Of a DNA stretch of 64,000 bases, positions 45,063 through 53,720 are shown in pieces. Source of the DNA: an uncultured virus (IMG/VR IMGVR_UViG_3300043443_000226) (lineage: Duplodnaviria > Heunggongvirae > Uroviricota > Caudoviricetes). Numbering within the stretch: position 1 is the first letter of the stretch; every line of letters begins with the position of its first letter. The notes under the pieces were generated by a model. That model searched no databases, was not told the origin of the DNA, and saw nothing but the letters and a program-made list of their open reading frames with translations. The translations under genes were made by a program, and so were the position numbers. The stretch lies in the IMG/VR virus record IMGVR_UViG_3300043443_000226, one strand, 5' to 3'.

Positions 45063-45496
45063 ATAGGCAACTTTAAGTTCTCATGATCACGAATGACCAC
45101 TGAAGGCGTTGGTTTGCGCAATGCTATACCACTTTCTTTGACAGCAGACAAGCCCCCAACGGTTTCTCCGCGTATCGAATTCAGATTGTAGTTGCCTAAT
45201 TGTTTGGGGTTACCCCACTGCACAGCAAAGGGATTCTGTGGTTGCGAGGCTTGTTTATTGCCTAGAAGGGCATGTTGCTGGTGATCACCTTCACGCGACG
45301 ACTTAATGTCACTCATGCCGTAATCTTTGGCTAATTCCCTGAGCGTGGTGTCAGCATGTTTGGTGGAATCTGACTTCATACCCACGGCTTGCAAAAATAC
45401 CATTTGTACATCGGATGTACATCCATGCGGACACACAGGCTCTCTACTTTCAAAAAAGCCATGTGCTGGACATTTGTAATCATGAACGACTGCCAT
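45059..45496 (-). CDS. Zn-ribbon (FmdB-like) protein
   Basis: HDYKCPAHG...CPHGC. Confidence 0.7.
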   Translation of the reverse strand: MAVVHDYKCPAHGFFESREPVCPHGCTSDVQMVFLQAVGMKSDSTKHADTTLRELAKDYGMSDIKSSREGDHQQHALLGNKQASQPQNPFAVQWGNPKQLGNYNLNSIRGETVGGLSAVKESGIALRKPTPSVVIRDHENLKLPI

Positions 45497-45890
45497 AGTT
45501 TCTCCTTAGTTGCTGGTCAAGATCAGGACGTTGATAGTCTTGGGATTTAGGTCGAATACCAAGATCAAGTTTGAATCCGCTGCCATCGTAGGTAACGAGC
45601 CTGCGCCTTACCATTTGCGGCTTGGGTTGCTTGCGAAACTCCACATACTTCTTACCCGACTTCACCATGACGGCGACTTCGCCATTGACCCAATGCTCAT
45701 AAGCGCGGTTCACACGGGTCTGTACAAGTTCTGTGAGTGGGTATTTCCCATTGAGAAACACATCTCTTAGGTGCAAGGGGTCAAGGCCGCATAACTCGGC
45801 AAACAAAGCAATGGAAATGCCGCGTTTCTTGTCACGCATAAACGCAGGAATCACTTCCATCATTTGACGCTTACTGAGGCCCAACGCCAA
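45480..45890 (-). CDS. Putative HTH DNA-binding protein
   Basis: GISIALFAELCGLDPLHLRDVF resembles an XRE-type HTH. Confidence 0.5.
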   Translation of the reverse strand: MALGLSKRQMMEVIPAFMRDKKRGISIALFAELCGLDPLHLRDVFLNGKYPLTELVQTRVNRAYEHWVNGEVAVMVKSGKKYVEFRKQPKPQMVRRRLVTYDGSGFKLDLGIRPKSQDYQRPDLDQQLRRNYGSRS

Positions 45891-47631
45891 TAGCCTTTAA
45901 GTAGTTGTTGATCTGCTTATCTACGACCGGCACTTGCACGGGCGTTATGGCTTCTTCTTTGCGATCACGCGTCATACGCATCTGTAAAAGTCTTGGCATG
46001 AGCTGTTCAGCAAAGGCAACGCAAGCAAGGGCTGTTGCAATGACACGATCATCTTTGTTGCGCCCATAAGCGGCAATAGAACCTTGGTCACGTACGACAG
46101 ACTTCATCTCTTCAAGTAAATCCATCGAGTAGACATTCATCATCCCGCGCTCGAAATAGTCCTTGAAGTAATTCAGCATCCGTTCTTTCGATGAATGCGT
46201 GGTCAGGTAACCCAGCGAGTTCGAGACACCGCCTAGTGAGTCATTACGCCGCCACAGGTAGTGCTGCATGTGCGATAGGACATCCATTAAGCCTCTAGCC
46301 TTGCGCGGCTCCATCGTCTGAGCCTGGCGTTTAAGGTTGCGCATCTCATTGATGACAGCTTGTCCAGGGCCATTGACTTCTAGGTTGAGGGTGGAGTTCT
46401 TATAAGCCCCTGCCAAGTAACAAACCACCCAGGCAAACTGGTAGGTGTTGAGTTCAGAGGTAGCGAATTCCGCAACCTGATCAAGTCCATCTGCATAGCA
46501 GCGGTAGATTTGGATGCAGAAACGATCAGCCCAGTCGCTGCTTCCATATGCTGGATCAGCACCGATGACGTAGTAGGCGTTTTCAATCGGCTCCTCCCAT
46601 ACTTTTAACGTTGCCATGCGCTCTGTTGAATTAATTAACTCAGTGTCCTCAAAGTATTGTCCCATTGAGAAGCGGTAGAACCGAGGTAATAACTGCTTAG
46701 CAACCTTGGCTTGATCAGTACAACGGGCGTGTGAGAAGAAACTCGAACCCGTCATGATGAAGGCATAGTCCTCCGTGGGAGGAAACTCCTGGTACATGAG
46801 GGCTTCATCCTTAATACCCTCATTCATCTTCCATCGCCACCAGGCAATCTGCCTTGAATTGATCTCTACCTGGTAGAGCTTCTTAATCTCTCTTGTCCAT
46901 TCCTTTTCTTCAGGACTTAACTTGCCATCCCAGTACACCTTATAGACGTCAGATTTGGCATCAGCACTGTAGAGTTCATTGCGCCACCAACCGCAGAAAA
47001 TAGCCTTCTGGGTTCTTGCACGTTTGGCTACCGACCACATGTCATGCCACATGTTGAAACCACGCGCTGTGCTCTCAAAAAGGTAGAGCCTATTGGGATT
47101 CTTTTCTGCAAGCGATGCCAGCAATGAAGCCAATCCTTCTTCATCACCCCAAGACGATGTTTCTGTGCCATGCAGGTAGGTAATACCTTTACCACGCCCT
47201 AAAGAACCCTTGGCTCGCAAGCCTGCCACCTGGTAAAAGAGTCTTGATCGGTTCTTTAAGACCATTTGATTCCTGTTATGCGTCATCAAAGGAATCTTGT
47301 ACTCCGGTGGCAAACCATCCATGTACATGGCAAGTGTGGTTCTGAACTGGTCTCGGTTCTCTTCAGTATCGGTAGTAAGCGTTCCTTGAAACCCAGGGTT
47401 CTTAAAGTGCCAGTAAAGGTCAAGGGCAAGCGATATGGTTGTAATCCCAAGCTGTCTCCCCTTGAGAATCACAAAAAAGTGGATGTCATTGTTCAGACCC
47501 TTGGCGATCTCTTCCATCACATAGGTCTGGCTTCCAAGCAAACGATTACCTAAGCGTTGAATGCCTAGCTCTTTGGTTTCAACCTTCAGTTCCTTGCAGA
47601 ACTTGTAGAAGTGATTAAGGTCAAACTTCAT
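45871..47631 (-). CDS. terL: Terminase large subunit, phage B
   Basis: ILKGRQLGITT Walker A, ESTARG motif, IGADPAYG, DDRVIATALA. Confidence 0.9.
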   Translation of the reverse strand: MKFDLNHFYKFCKELKVETKELGIQRLGNRLLGSQTYVMEEIAKGLNNDIHFFVILKGRQLGITTISLALDLYWHFKNPGFQGTLTTDTEENRDQFRTTLAMYMDGLPPEYKIPLMTHNRNQMVLKNRSRLFYQVAGLRAKGSLGRGKGITYLHGTETSSWGDEEGLASLLASLAEKNPNRLYLFESTARGFNMWHDMWSVAKRARTQKAIFCGWWRNELYSADAKSDVYKVYWDGKLSPEEKEWTREIKKLYQVEINSRQIAWWRWKMNEGIKDEALMYQEFPPTEDYAFIMTGSSFFSHARCTDQAKVAKQLLPRFYRFSMGQYFEDTELINSTERMATLKVWEEPIENAYYVIGADPAYGSSDWADRFCIQIYRCYADGLDQVAEFATSELNTYQFAWVVCYLAGAYKNSTLNLEVNGPGQAVINEMRNLKRQAQTMEPRKARGLMDVLSHMQHYLWRRNDSLGGVSNSLGYLTTHSSKERMLNYFKDYFERGMMNVYSMDLLEEMKSVVRDQGSIAAYGRNKDDRVIATALACVAFAEQLMPRLLQMRMTRDRKEEAITPVQVPVVDKQINNYLKAIGVGPQ

Positions 47632-47786
47632 TCAATGCCTGGTTCATATTCGTAATAGGTGCAAACCTTCTCTGCCAGCAAGCCATCTCGGATGCAGATC
47701 AAAACCACTTCCTTACCGTCATGGCTTTCCTTTAGTCCAATTTCTTGGCTGTAGTGGCAGTTTCTGCAATCGGGCTTCAATTCCAT
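47628..47786 (-). CDS. 52-aa Cys4 micro-protein
   Basis: MELKPDCRNC...LICIRDG...VCTYYE; AAGGA RBS; ATGA overlap with terL. Confidence 0.65.
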   Translation of the reverse strand: MELKPDCRNCHYSQEIGLKESHDGKEVVLICIRDGLLAEKVCTYYEYEPGIE

Positions 47787-47940
47787 AGTTTTCCTTTAAC
47801 CACAACACCGTCTTTTGCTCATCAGCACTCAAAGGACGTTTCTTTCTCTCTTCCTCATACCACTTCATCGCCAGATACGGATAGCTTGGATCACCCTCTG
47901 CATACTTCGTAATCCATCTCACCGCATCATCATGCTTCAC
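47719..47940 (-). CDS. Hypothetical protein (73 aa)
   Basis: GGAGG RBS, GTGA coupling. Confidence 0.6.
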   Translation of the reverse strand: MKHDDAVRWITKYAEGDPSYPYLAMKWYEEERKKRPLSADEQKTVLWLKENYGIEARLQKLPLQPRNWTKGKP

Positions 47941-48163
47941 TCAATCCTCCACACCCTTACACCATTCTCCACCTTCCTCGCTGTGAACTTCTTTCCTGTT
48001 CTTCTCCACTCTCTATAGTTAGCATTACATAGCTTAGATAGATCACCACCTTCAAGGTAGAAACTATCTCCTAGCTCTAACTGGTCGTAAGGGTATTTAG
48101 GCCCTGTCTTCCTCTCCGGTATATCTAAACCTCTCTCTAACGTAAACATCTCGTACATCTCCA
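47937..48163 (-). CDS. Small DNA-binding-like protein
   Basis: KYPYDQLELGDSF...KKFTARKVENGVRVWRIE; the real start is an internal ATG of the 128-aa ORF. Confidence 0.75.
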
Positions 48164-48665
48164 TGTTGTCGATGTACTCATCATACACAAATAGATATTT
48201 AAGGTAGGCAGGAAAACAGAAAATTCCTTGGGGCGGGGATGGTAGTGGTGCACCCAAATCCAGACCCCCCGTCCCATTCGCATTGCCAGACAACGATCGA
48301 TCTGCGCGACTGGTTGCGGCCAATTGCTACCCGATTGGACTTGAGCAGAGTGATGAGTAGGCATGTCATGACGGGTAAAGGCTCACCGTCCGTCCCTTGT
48401 GCCCCATTGTCAATTGATGCAGGGAGCGTATAGATAACAATCATCTTATGTCCCTGATACATCAATGATAGGACTAACCATATATATATCTATAGATAGA
48501 ACCCTATATCCCTATATATAGTTTTTAAGATTCTAAGAGTACATCTCTAGCATGGAATATATCTTAGAGTGTATTTGTGTGTATTTGATACCAAAGTATA
48601 TAGAGCATGTTCACAAAGCATGTGATTATTCTCTTGTAGTTCTTAACCAATAGGAGATAGACATC

Positions 48666-49343
48666 ATGGCAATGCAATCAGCTGAATACAACAAACCACA
48701 AGTAAAGCTCAGCGTTACCAGTAAGCTCGACGGCATTAGATCATGGAGCTTGCAAGCTCTCGAAACATGCCCGGGTTCCATAGCATCAAACGGCGAGCTT
48801 GTTGATGCTTGCAAGGGATGTTATGCAACGCAAGGCAATTATCGCTATCCCAACGTGAAAGCTCCACGCCTATTTAATCGCGATGACTGGCAGCGCGATG
48901 AGTGGGTGTTTGAGATGGTGCAGTCACTAGACAATGATCGATACTTTCGTTGGTTCGATAGCGGTGACATGTATTCGATAGATCTAGCTAGAAAAATCTA
49001 CATGGTCATGCAAGCTACACCACATGTTAAGCACTGGCTGCCGACTCGTATGCATAAGTTTCCAAAGTTTCAGGCAATCATTGAGCTTATGCGCGAGCTT
49101 CCCAACGTAGTAGTCCGCGCAAGCTCCGATAGTGTCACCGGTGACGTGTTAACCGATCAATCCCACTCGAGCACGATTGCAAGCTCATTCGATGACTCAT
49201 CGATTAGCGTCTGTAAAGCTTATGAGCACGGCGGGAAATGTTCTGGCTGTAGAGCTTGTTGGGATAAATCCGTGCCAGTTATTGGCTATGTGGCACATGG
49301 GAAAAGCATGGCTAAGGTAATCAAGCTTAAGGTGACAGCATGA
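48666..49343 (+). CDS. GP88-like (radical-SAM-related) Fe-S protein
   Basis: TSKL...SWSL..TCPGS...CKGCYA..GNY, YFRWFDSGD, HWLPTR, CSGCRACW. Confidence 0.8.
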   Translation: MAMQSAEYNKPQVKLSVTSKLDGIRSWSLQALETCPGSIASNGELVDACKGCYATQGNYRYPNVKAPRLFNRDDWQRDEWVFEMVQSLDNDRYFRWFDSGDMYSIDLARKIYMVMQATPHVKHWLPTRMHKFPKFQAIIELMRELPNVVVRASSDSVTGDVLTDQSHSSTIASSFDDSSISVCKAYEHGGKCSGCRACWDKSVPVIGYVAHGKSMAKVIKLKVTA

Positions 49344-49417
49344 AAACCTTGATCGACTGGTTTGTTGCCACCCTTTTCGGGGTGGCTTTTGCTCTCGCCG
49401 TTTTCTTCAACTTATAG
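49340..49417 (+). CDS. 25-aa single-TM micro-protein
   Basis: MKTLIDWFVATLFGVAFALAVFFNL; ATGA coupling, AAGGTG RBS. Confidence 0.6.
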   Translation: MKTLIDWFVATLFGVAFALAVFFNL

Positions 49418-49426
49418 GGGTAAATC

Positions 49427-49618
49427 ATGGAAGATCATTTATTTGTCGATACCAATGACAACATGGCATGTCACGTTTATTACGTTTCAGGCCGTCTGCC
49501 TTGGGCCGTCCGTTTGATCGATACCGATAGCGATAACACGGTCACCATTCGCCGTTTCATCGATATCGAACATGCTCATGCATTCGTCCGTGAATGCCTG
49601 CCAGATATAACCGTTTAA
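49427..49618 (+). CDS. Hypothetical early protein (63 aa)
   Basis: AGGGG RBS. Confidence 0.7.
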   Translation: MEDHLFVDTNDNMACHVYYVSGRLPWAVRLIDTDSDNTVTIRRFIDIEHAHAFVRECLPDITV

Positions 49619-49630
49619 CCCGCTAGCAAT

Positions 49631-49668
49631 GCCCTTAGAAGCCCTTAAACGGGCTTTTACGGGCTTTT
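49631..49668 (+). terminator. Hairpin (terminator or RNase III site) in the early operon
   Basis: GCCCTTAGAAGCCC-TTAAAC-GGGCTTTTACGGGC then TTTT. Confidence 0.6.
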
Positions 49669-49693
49669 CTCTACCTAATTGGAGTCAACCTAC

Positions 49694-49891
49694 ATGGAAG
49701 ATAGACAAGTCCCTTCATGGATCGATTTAATCGATCATCAAATTCAACCCGATAAATGGTTCCGACCCGTTGATCAGGTCTGGCGTGAGCATGGCTGGAA
49801 ACCACCATCGACTGAGTGCCTTGAGACGATGAGAAAGCACAAGGCATTCCGCACCTGGTCACACTATTCACCCGCTCGGGAGTCCCAATGA
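49694..49891 (+). CDS. Hypothetical protein
   Basis: GGAG RBS; VWREHGWKPPS motif. Confidence 0.7.
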   Translation: MEDRQVPSWIDLIDHQIQPDKWFRPVDQVWREHGWKPPSTECLETMRKHKAFRTWSHYSPARESQ

Positions 49892-50124
49892 AGATTGACC
49901 AACAAAACCCAGAGAACTTGCAGAGCAGCTTGTTAGTTGCAGCGCACATGATTAGAAGTGCAGCGGGCTTAATCAAAGAACAACAAGCATTGATTGATGA
50001 ACTGGTTGAGGCCTTGTGGGGCATGGTTACCAGTTATCACGCAGTCGAATACATGGAAGACCATATGAAACAGTCATCAGCAAAGGCAAGAGCTGCCATT
50101 GAGAAAGCAAAGGGTAAACCATGA
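49888..50124 (+). CDS. Hypothetical protein ending ARAAIEKAKG
   Basis: ELVEAL...ARAAIEKA motif of small phage proteins. Confidence 0.75.
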   Translation: MKIDQQNPENLQSSLLVAAHMIRSAAGLIKEQQALIDELVEALWGMVTSYHAVEYMEDHMKQSSAKARAAIEKAKGKP

Positions 50125-50936
50125 GTGACCCATTCAAGATTAAAGAGCCGACTTGCATTAGCTTCAGCGGCGGGAGGACATCAGCTTATATGCTGTGGCG
50201 TGTCCTTCAATCCAATGGTGGGTTACCCGATGAAGCCATCGTGTGCTTTGCTAACACGGGCAAAGAAGAAGAAGCAACACTCAGGTTTATTCAAGATTGC
50301 TCGGAACATTGGCATGTAGACATTCACTGGCTCGAATACATGTCAGAAAATCCCATGTTTAAACGTGTTGACTTCAGATCGGCAGCACGAGAAGGTGAAC
50401 CTTACGAAGCCTTAATCAGAAAGCGTCAATATCTTCCTAATGCGGTGACTAGGTTTTGCACAACAGAACTCAAGATCAGGACAATCCACAAGTACTTAAA
50501 GTCGCTTGGTTGGGATCACAACGAAACGTCTGACTGGGTTGGAATCAGAGCAGATGAAATGAGAAGGGCGGCAAAGATTGACCGCTCCAGAACACCACTT
50601 GTGAGTGCTGGCGTTGATATTTATAAGGTCGATCAGTTCTGGACTGATCAGCCATTCAATCTTGACCTTCCAACTTACAACGGCAGAACGCTTGCAGGTA
50701 ATTGCGACCTTTGTTTCTTAAAGCCAGCTAACCAAATTTTTACGCTTATCAAAGAAAAGCCAGAACGAGCAATCTGGTGGGCAAGGATGGAGGCATTGGC
50801 ATTGGCATCTAAGCCGAGCGGAGCAAGGTTTAGAAAAGATCGCGCTGGATACGCAGAAATGCTTAAGTTCAGCGAGCAACAAACCGACATGTTTAGCGAT
50901 GATGAAGAAGCTATGGCTTGCTTTTGTGGAGACTAA
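50121..50936 (+). CDS. PAPS-reductase-family (PP-loop) protein
   Basis: ISFSGGRTS PP-loop, FANTGKE, RFCTTELK, VGIRADE, GNCDLCFLK. Confidence 0.85.
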   Translation: MSDPFKIKEPTCISFSGGRTSAYMLWRVLQSNGGLPDEAIVCFANTGKEEEATLRFIQDCSEHWHVDIHWLEYMSENPMFKRVDFRSAAREGEPYEALIRKRQYLPNAVTRFCTTELKIRTIHKYLKSLGWDHNETSDWVGIRADEMRRAAKIDRSRTPLVSAGVDIYKVDQFWTDQPFNLDLPTYNGRTLAGNCDLCFLKPANQIFTLIKEKPERAIWWARMEALALASKPSGARFRKDRAGYAEMLKFSEQQTDMFSDDEEAMACFCGD

Positions 50937-50937
50937 A

Positions 50938-51135
50938 TTGAAAAAGAAAAGACTATTAAGAGACGTAGAGCAAGAGTCTTTAGCTATGGTTGAGAGATGG
51001 CAGGAAGAGCTAGCAAGGCATGTCGCTTACCTTCCAATCCTATGCGAGCAGGCAGGGGTTGATGAGCATGAGTTACATCGAGCTATTGAGATTCACTTCT
51101 ATGTTCGTTCTATGTCAAAAGGGGCTATGCAATGA
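50938..51135 (+). CDS. Hypothetical protein
   Basis: TTG start after GGAG. Confidence 0.6.
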   Translation: MKKKRLLRDVEQESLAMVERWQEELARHVAYLPILCEQAGVDEHELHRAIEIHFYVRSMSKGAMQ

Positions 51136-51455
51136 ATCAAGACTTTGAGTGTCCACGTTGTGGGCATTGCTGTCCGCAGCAGACAGAGCAAGAGCCGGTG
51201 GCGTGGATTACCGATGGGGGCAAGGGGGAACTTTGGTGGTATCAATCATCAAAATTTGACGAAGAAGGCAACCTGATCGGCCCCAATCCAGATGACATAC
51301 CACTCTACACCGCACCACCGCAGCGCGAGTGGGTTGGGCTGACGGATGAGGAAATAAACAGCGTGCGTTATAACCGAGATTGGACTGCGCCTTGGACTGA
51401 TACGACTTTTGCAAGAGCCATCGAAGCCAAGCTAAAGGAAAAAAATCATGGATAG
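51132..51455 (+). CDS. Mosaic small protein (CPRCGHCC / QEPVAW / PLYTAPPQREWVGLTDEEI / AIEAKLKEKN)
   Basis: Shares modules with 5023..5268. Confidence 0.8.
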   Translation: MNQDFECPRCGHCCPQQTEQEPVAWITDGGKGELWWYQSSKFDEEGNLIGPNPDDIPLYTAPPQREWVGLTDEEINSVRYNRDWTAPWTDTTFARAIEAKLKEKNHG

Positions 51456-51822
51456 AGAAGACATCATCAAGCTAGCGCGGGAGGCTGGATTGGCTTACGG
51501 ATCTGACGAAAAGCCATTAGGGTCTGTAACACGCTTCGCTGCCCTAGTCGCCGCTGCCGAGCGAAACAAGCTGGCCGCTTGGATGATGCGACAAGGCTAT
51601 GCCACAGGACACGGCGACACCGTGGAAGACCTGCTGCAAGAGCTTGATTGGCAGATTCGGGAGCAAGAACGTGAGGCGTGTGCGAAGGTGTGTGAGGATG
51701 AAGCCTCAAGAGCGAAATGGAACTGGGGCAACGACCTGCCGCAAAACCAGCCATTCTGGAACGGCGGCGAACAATTGGCATCAAGTTGCGCCGCAGCCAT
51801 CAGAGCAAGGGGTGAGCAGTGA
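51448..51822 (+). CDS. Mosaic protein MDREDIIKLAREAG...AAAIRARGEQ
   Basis: Homolog of 7888..8133 with an extra GYATGHGDTVEDLL module. Confidence 0.8.
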   Translation: MDREDIIKLAREAGLAYGSDEKPLGSVTRFAALVAAAERNKLAAWMMRQGYATGHGDTVEDLLQELDWQIREQEREACAKVCEDEASRAKWNWGNDLPQNQPFWNGGEQLASSCAAAIRARGEQ

Positions 51823-52067
51823 GTGGCAACCACAACATGAAACTCATTGCTAGCCTGGCGCAGGTCAATGACTTTGTAATGGTGCATGGCAATGAACTGC
51901 AAGCAATCCTGGACTATGTTCAGGATATGGAGCAAAGGATCAGCATTGTGCGTGAGCAACTACAGTATTTAGTTGCAGAATCTGTAGAACCTGATGCAGA
52001 ACTTGATTGCCCACCATGTAATCAGGACTGTAATCAAGGCAGAGACTGCCCTTCAAGGAAGGGCTAA
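51819..52067 (+). CDS. Small protein with C-terminal CPPCNQDCNQGRDCP
   Basis: GTGA coupling; N-terminal MSGNHNM matches MSGDHNM of 5023. Confidence 0.75.
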   Translation: MSGNHNMKLIASLAQVNDFVMVHGNELQAILDYVQDMEQRISIVREQLQYLVAESVEPDAELDCPPCNQDCNQGRDCPSRKG

Positions 52068-52405
52068 CCCCTCTTTCCTCCCAAAGACCCCCCTACCCCA
52101 AACAAGAACGGGGTAGAGAGGGGAGGTTCCTCCGCTGCAAGCAGCATCTCGATGTCAGTCTCCTGACCCCTCGGCTTCGAGATAAGACCAGCCGACCGGA
52201 TTCTTCGGGAACTGCCCCCTAGCCTTACGGCATACCGGCTATCCGCTTTCACTCCACGCAGCCACGGGTAAGGCTCTTGCTATCGTGCGGAGTACGGTCT
52301 GGTCAGAAACAAAAAAGCCGTTAAGGATGCCCCCTGGTGGTGATCCCTCTGGGGTAAGTAGAGGGCAGGGAACATGCTTAACGGCTCAATCTGCACCACA
52401 CAGAC
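52065..52405 (-). ncRNA. Putative structured antisense RNA (c4-like attenuator plus ~240 nt structured domain)
   Basis: Own promoter; 10-bp stem 52316-25/52377-86 with U-tract; further stems 52221-28/52268-75, 52146-52/52177-83, 52154-67 (GAGA loop), 52093-99/52110-16. Confidence 0.55.
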
Positions 52406-52411
52406 AACCTG

Positions 52412-52440
52412 ATCTTAATGGCAAACACCTTTTGATGCAA
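52412..52440 (-). promoter_or_regulatory. Sigma70-like promoter of the antisense RNA
   Basis: TTGCAT-N17-TAAGAT. Confidence 0.65.
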
Positions 52441-52497
52441 GCGGCAAAAACACGGCTAAAAAGCGGCAAATCTGGCAAACATGGCAAACCATTTGCC
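52420..52497. repeat. GGCAAA iteron-like cluster
   Basis: Copies at 52420, 52443, 52454 (GGCTAA), 52465, 52474, 52483 and inverted at 52492. Confidence 0.75.
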
Positions 52498-52542
52498 AAC
52501 CCGACGAACGGTAGATTACTAGCTATATACATATGTTCCTAG

Positions 52543-52552
52543 TGTGTATAAT
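52543..52552 (+). promoter_or_regulatory. Extended -10 promoter for the recombination operon
   Basis: TGTGTATAAT. Confidence 0.55.
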
Positions 52553-52584
52553 CACCAGTGTTGTACTTAACCAAAGGGGTAATC

Positions 52585-52833
52585 ATGAAACATTTGAAGT
52601 TAATCGAGTCCGATCTGTATGACATCAGGCTTAAGACCGTTCACATTATTGAGGGCTGCGCCAACATTCATCGAGTGCTTGCAAGTGATTGGGACTTTAT
52701 GTCTGAGTATCAGGTCAAGGTCATTGAACGCTTGATCGGTGAAGTTGAAGAACTGAAGCACATGCTCAACCACATTAAGAACCGTGATGCTCGCAAAGAC
52801 ATAAGCACTTGCTTTGATGAGGAGGCAGCATGA
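52585..52833 (+). CDS. Hypothetical protein
   Basis: AAGGGG RBS before MKHLKL. Confidence 0.7.
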   Translation: MKHLKLIESDLYDIRLKTVHIIEGCANIHRVLASDWDFMSEYQVKVIERLIGEVEELKHMLNHIKNRDARKDISTCFDEEAA

Positions 52834-53720
52834 CTAGCTTTGACACTGAGTCACGTAGGAAGGCTATCTGGGCCACCGACGCTCGCAAGATTGTTGATGG
52901 CCGTGCTGCTGATGTTTATTTGGAAAAGATAGGCCAGACAGAGCGTGAAGACATAAGCCACATTGAAGCAGTGCAATGGGGTTTGAAGTTGCAGGACGTC
53001 ATTGGCAGAGAAGCTAGTGCTCGCTTGCAGATGGAGCTCAAAGAAGCTGACTATGAGTTGTATCACCCTGAGCATTCATGGATGGCTAGTCACTTTGACT
53101 TCATTAGTGCTGATGGCACGACACTAGTCGAGGTGAAGAATTACAACCAATCTAAGAGGAATCAATATGATGCAGACACTGCACTTATGCCTGCGGCCGA
53201 CTCAGCGCAATGTGTTCATGAAGCTACGGTACATCGGGTACAGCGTATCGTACTTGCGGTGCTCTTTGGGGGACAAGAACTGGTACTTATCAACAAGGAA
53301 GTATCAGACGCTGAGAAAGACTCGCTCATACAACTGGAAGCTGAGCTATGGGGCGCAATACAGGCCAAGCAGCCTCCAAGCGCGACTACGGTGGATGCAG
53401 CGAGGAAACTCTTCCCCGTATCCACATCGGCTGGGGTTCTAGCTAATGCTCAGTTAGAACAAGCCTGCCAGCAATTAAAGGCGATCAAGAACCAGATTAA
53501 GCAGTTCGAGGAGGCTGAAGAGAAGCTACAAGGTTTCATCCAAGGGCAGATGAAAGAAGCAGGCTCACTCATCACCTTTGACGGCAAGGTGCTTGCAACA
53601 TGGAACAGTGCCAAAGGTTCTAAACGCTTTGATCCAAAGCTACTGCAAGCAGAGATGCCTGAAGTCTATGAGCGTTACATCGTTGAACAACCTGGCTCAC
53701 GGAGGTTTTTAGTCAAATGA
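52830..53720 (+). CDS. YqaJ-like viral recombination exonuclease
   Basis: RRKAIWATD, WMASHFD...LVEVKN, Q..H, LAVLFGG; C-terminal RFD...SRRF. Confidence 0.85.
   Translation: MTSFDTESRRKAIWATDARKIVDGRAADVYLEKIGQTEREDISHIEAVQWGLKLQDVIGREASARLQMELKEADYELYHPEHSWMASHFDFISADGTTLVEVKNYNQSKRNQYDADTALMPAADSAQCVHEATVHRVQRIVLAVLFGGQELVLINKEVSDAEKDSLIQLEAELWGAIQAKQPPSATTVDAARKLFPVSTSAGVLANAQLEQACQQLKAIKNQIKQFEEAEEKLQGFIQGQMKEAGSLITFDGKVLATWNSAKGSKRFDPKLLQAEMPEVYERYIVEQPGSRRFLVK

Noticed and set aside
48164..48465. N-terminal extension of the 128-aa ORF and overlapping 64-88 aa ORFs
   Set aside because: Fall in the divergent control region; the conserved-looking domain starts at the internal Met
52064..52542. 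62-aa (-) and 85-aa (+) ORFs as proteins
   Set aside because: No recognisable motifs; the region is dominated by stems, promoters and repeats. The 62-aa ORF cannot be fully excluded.
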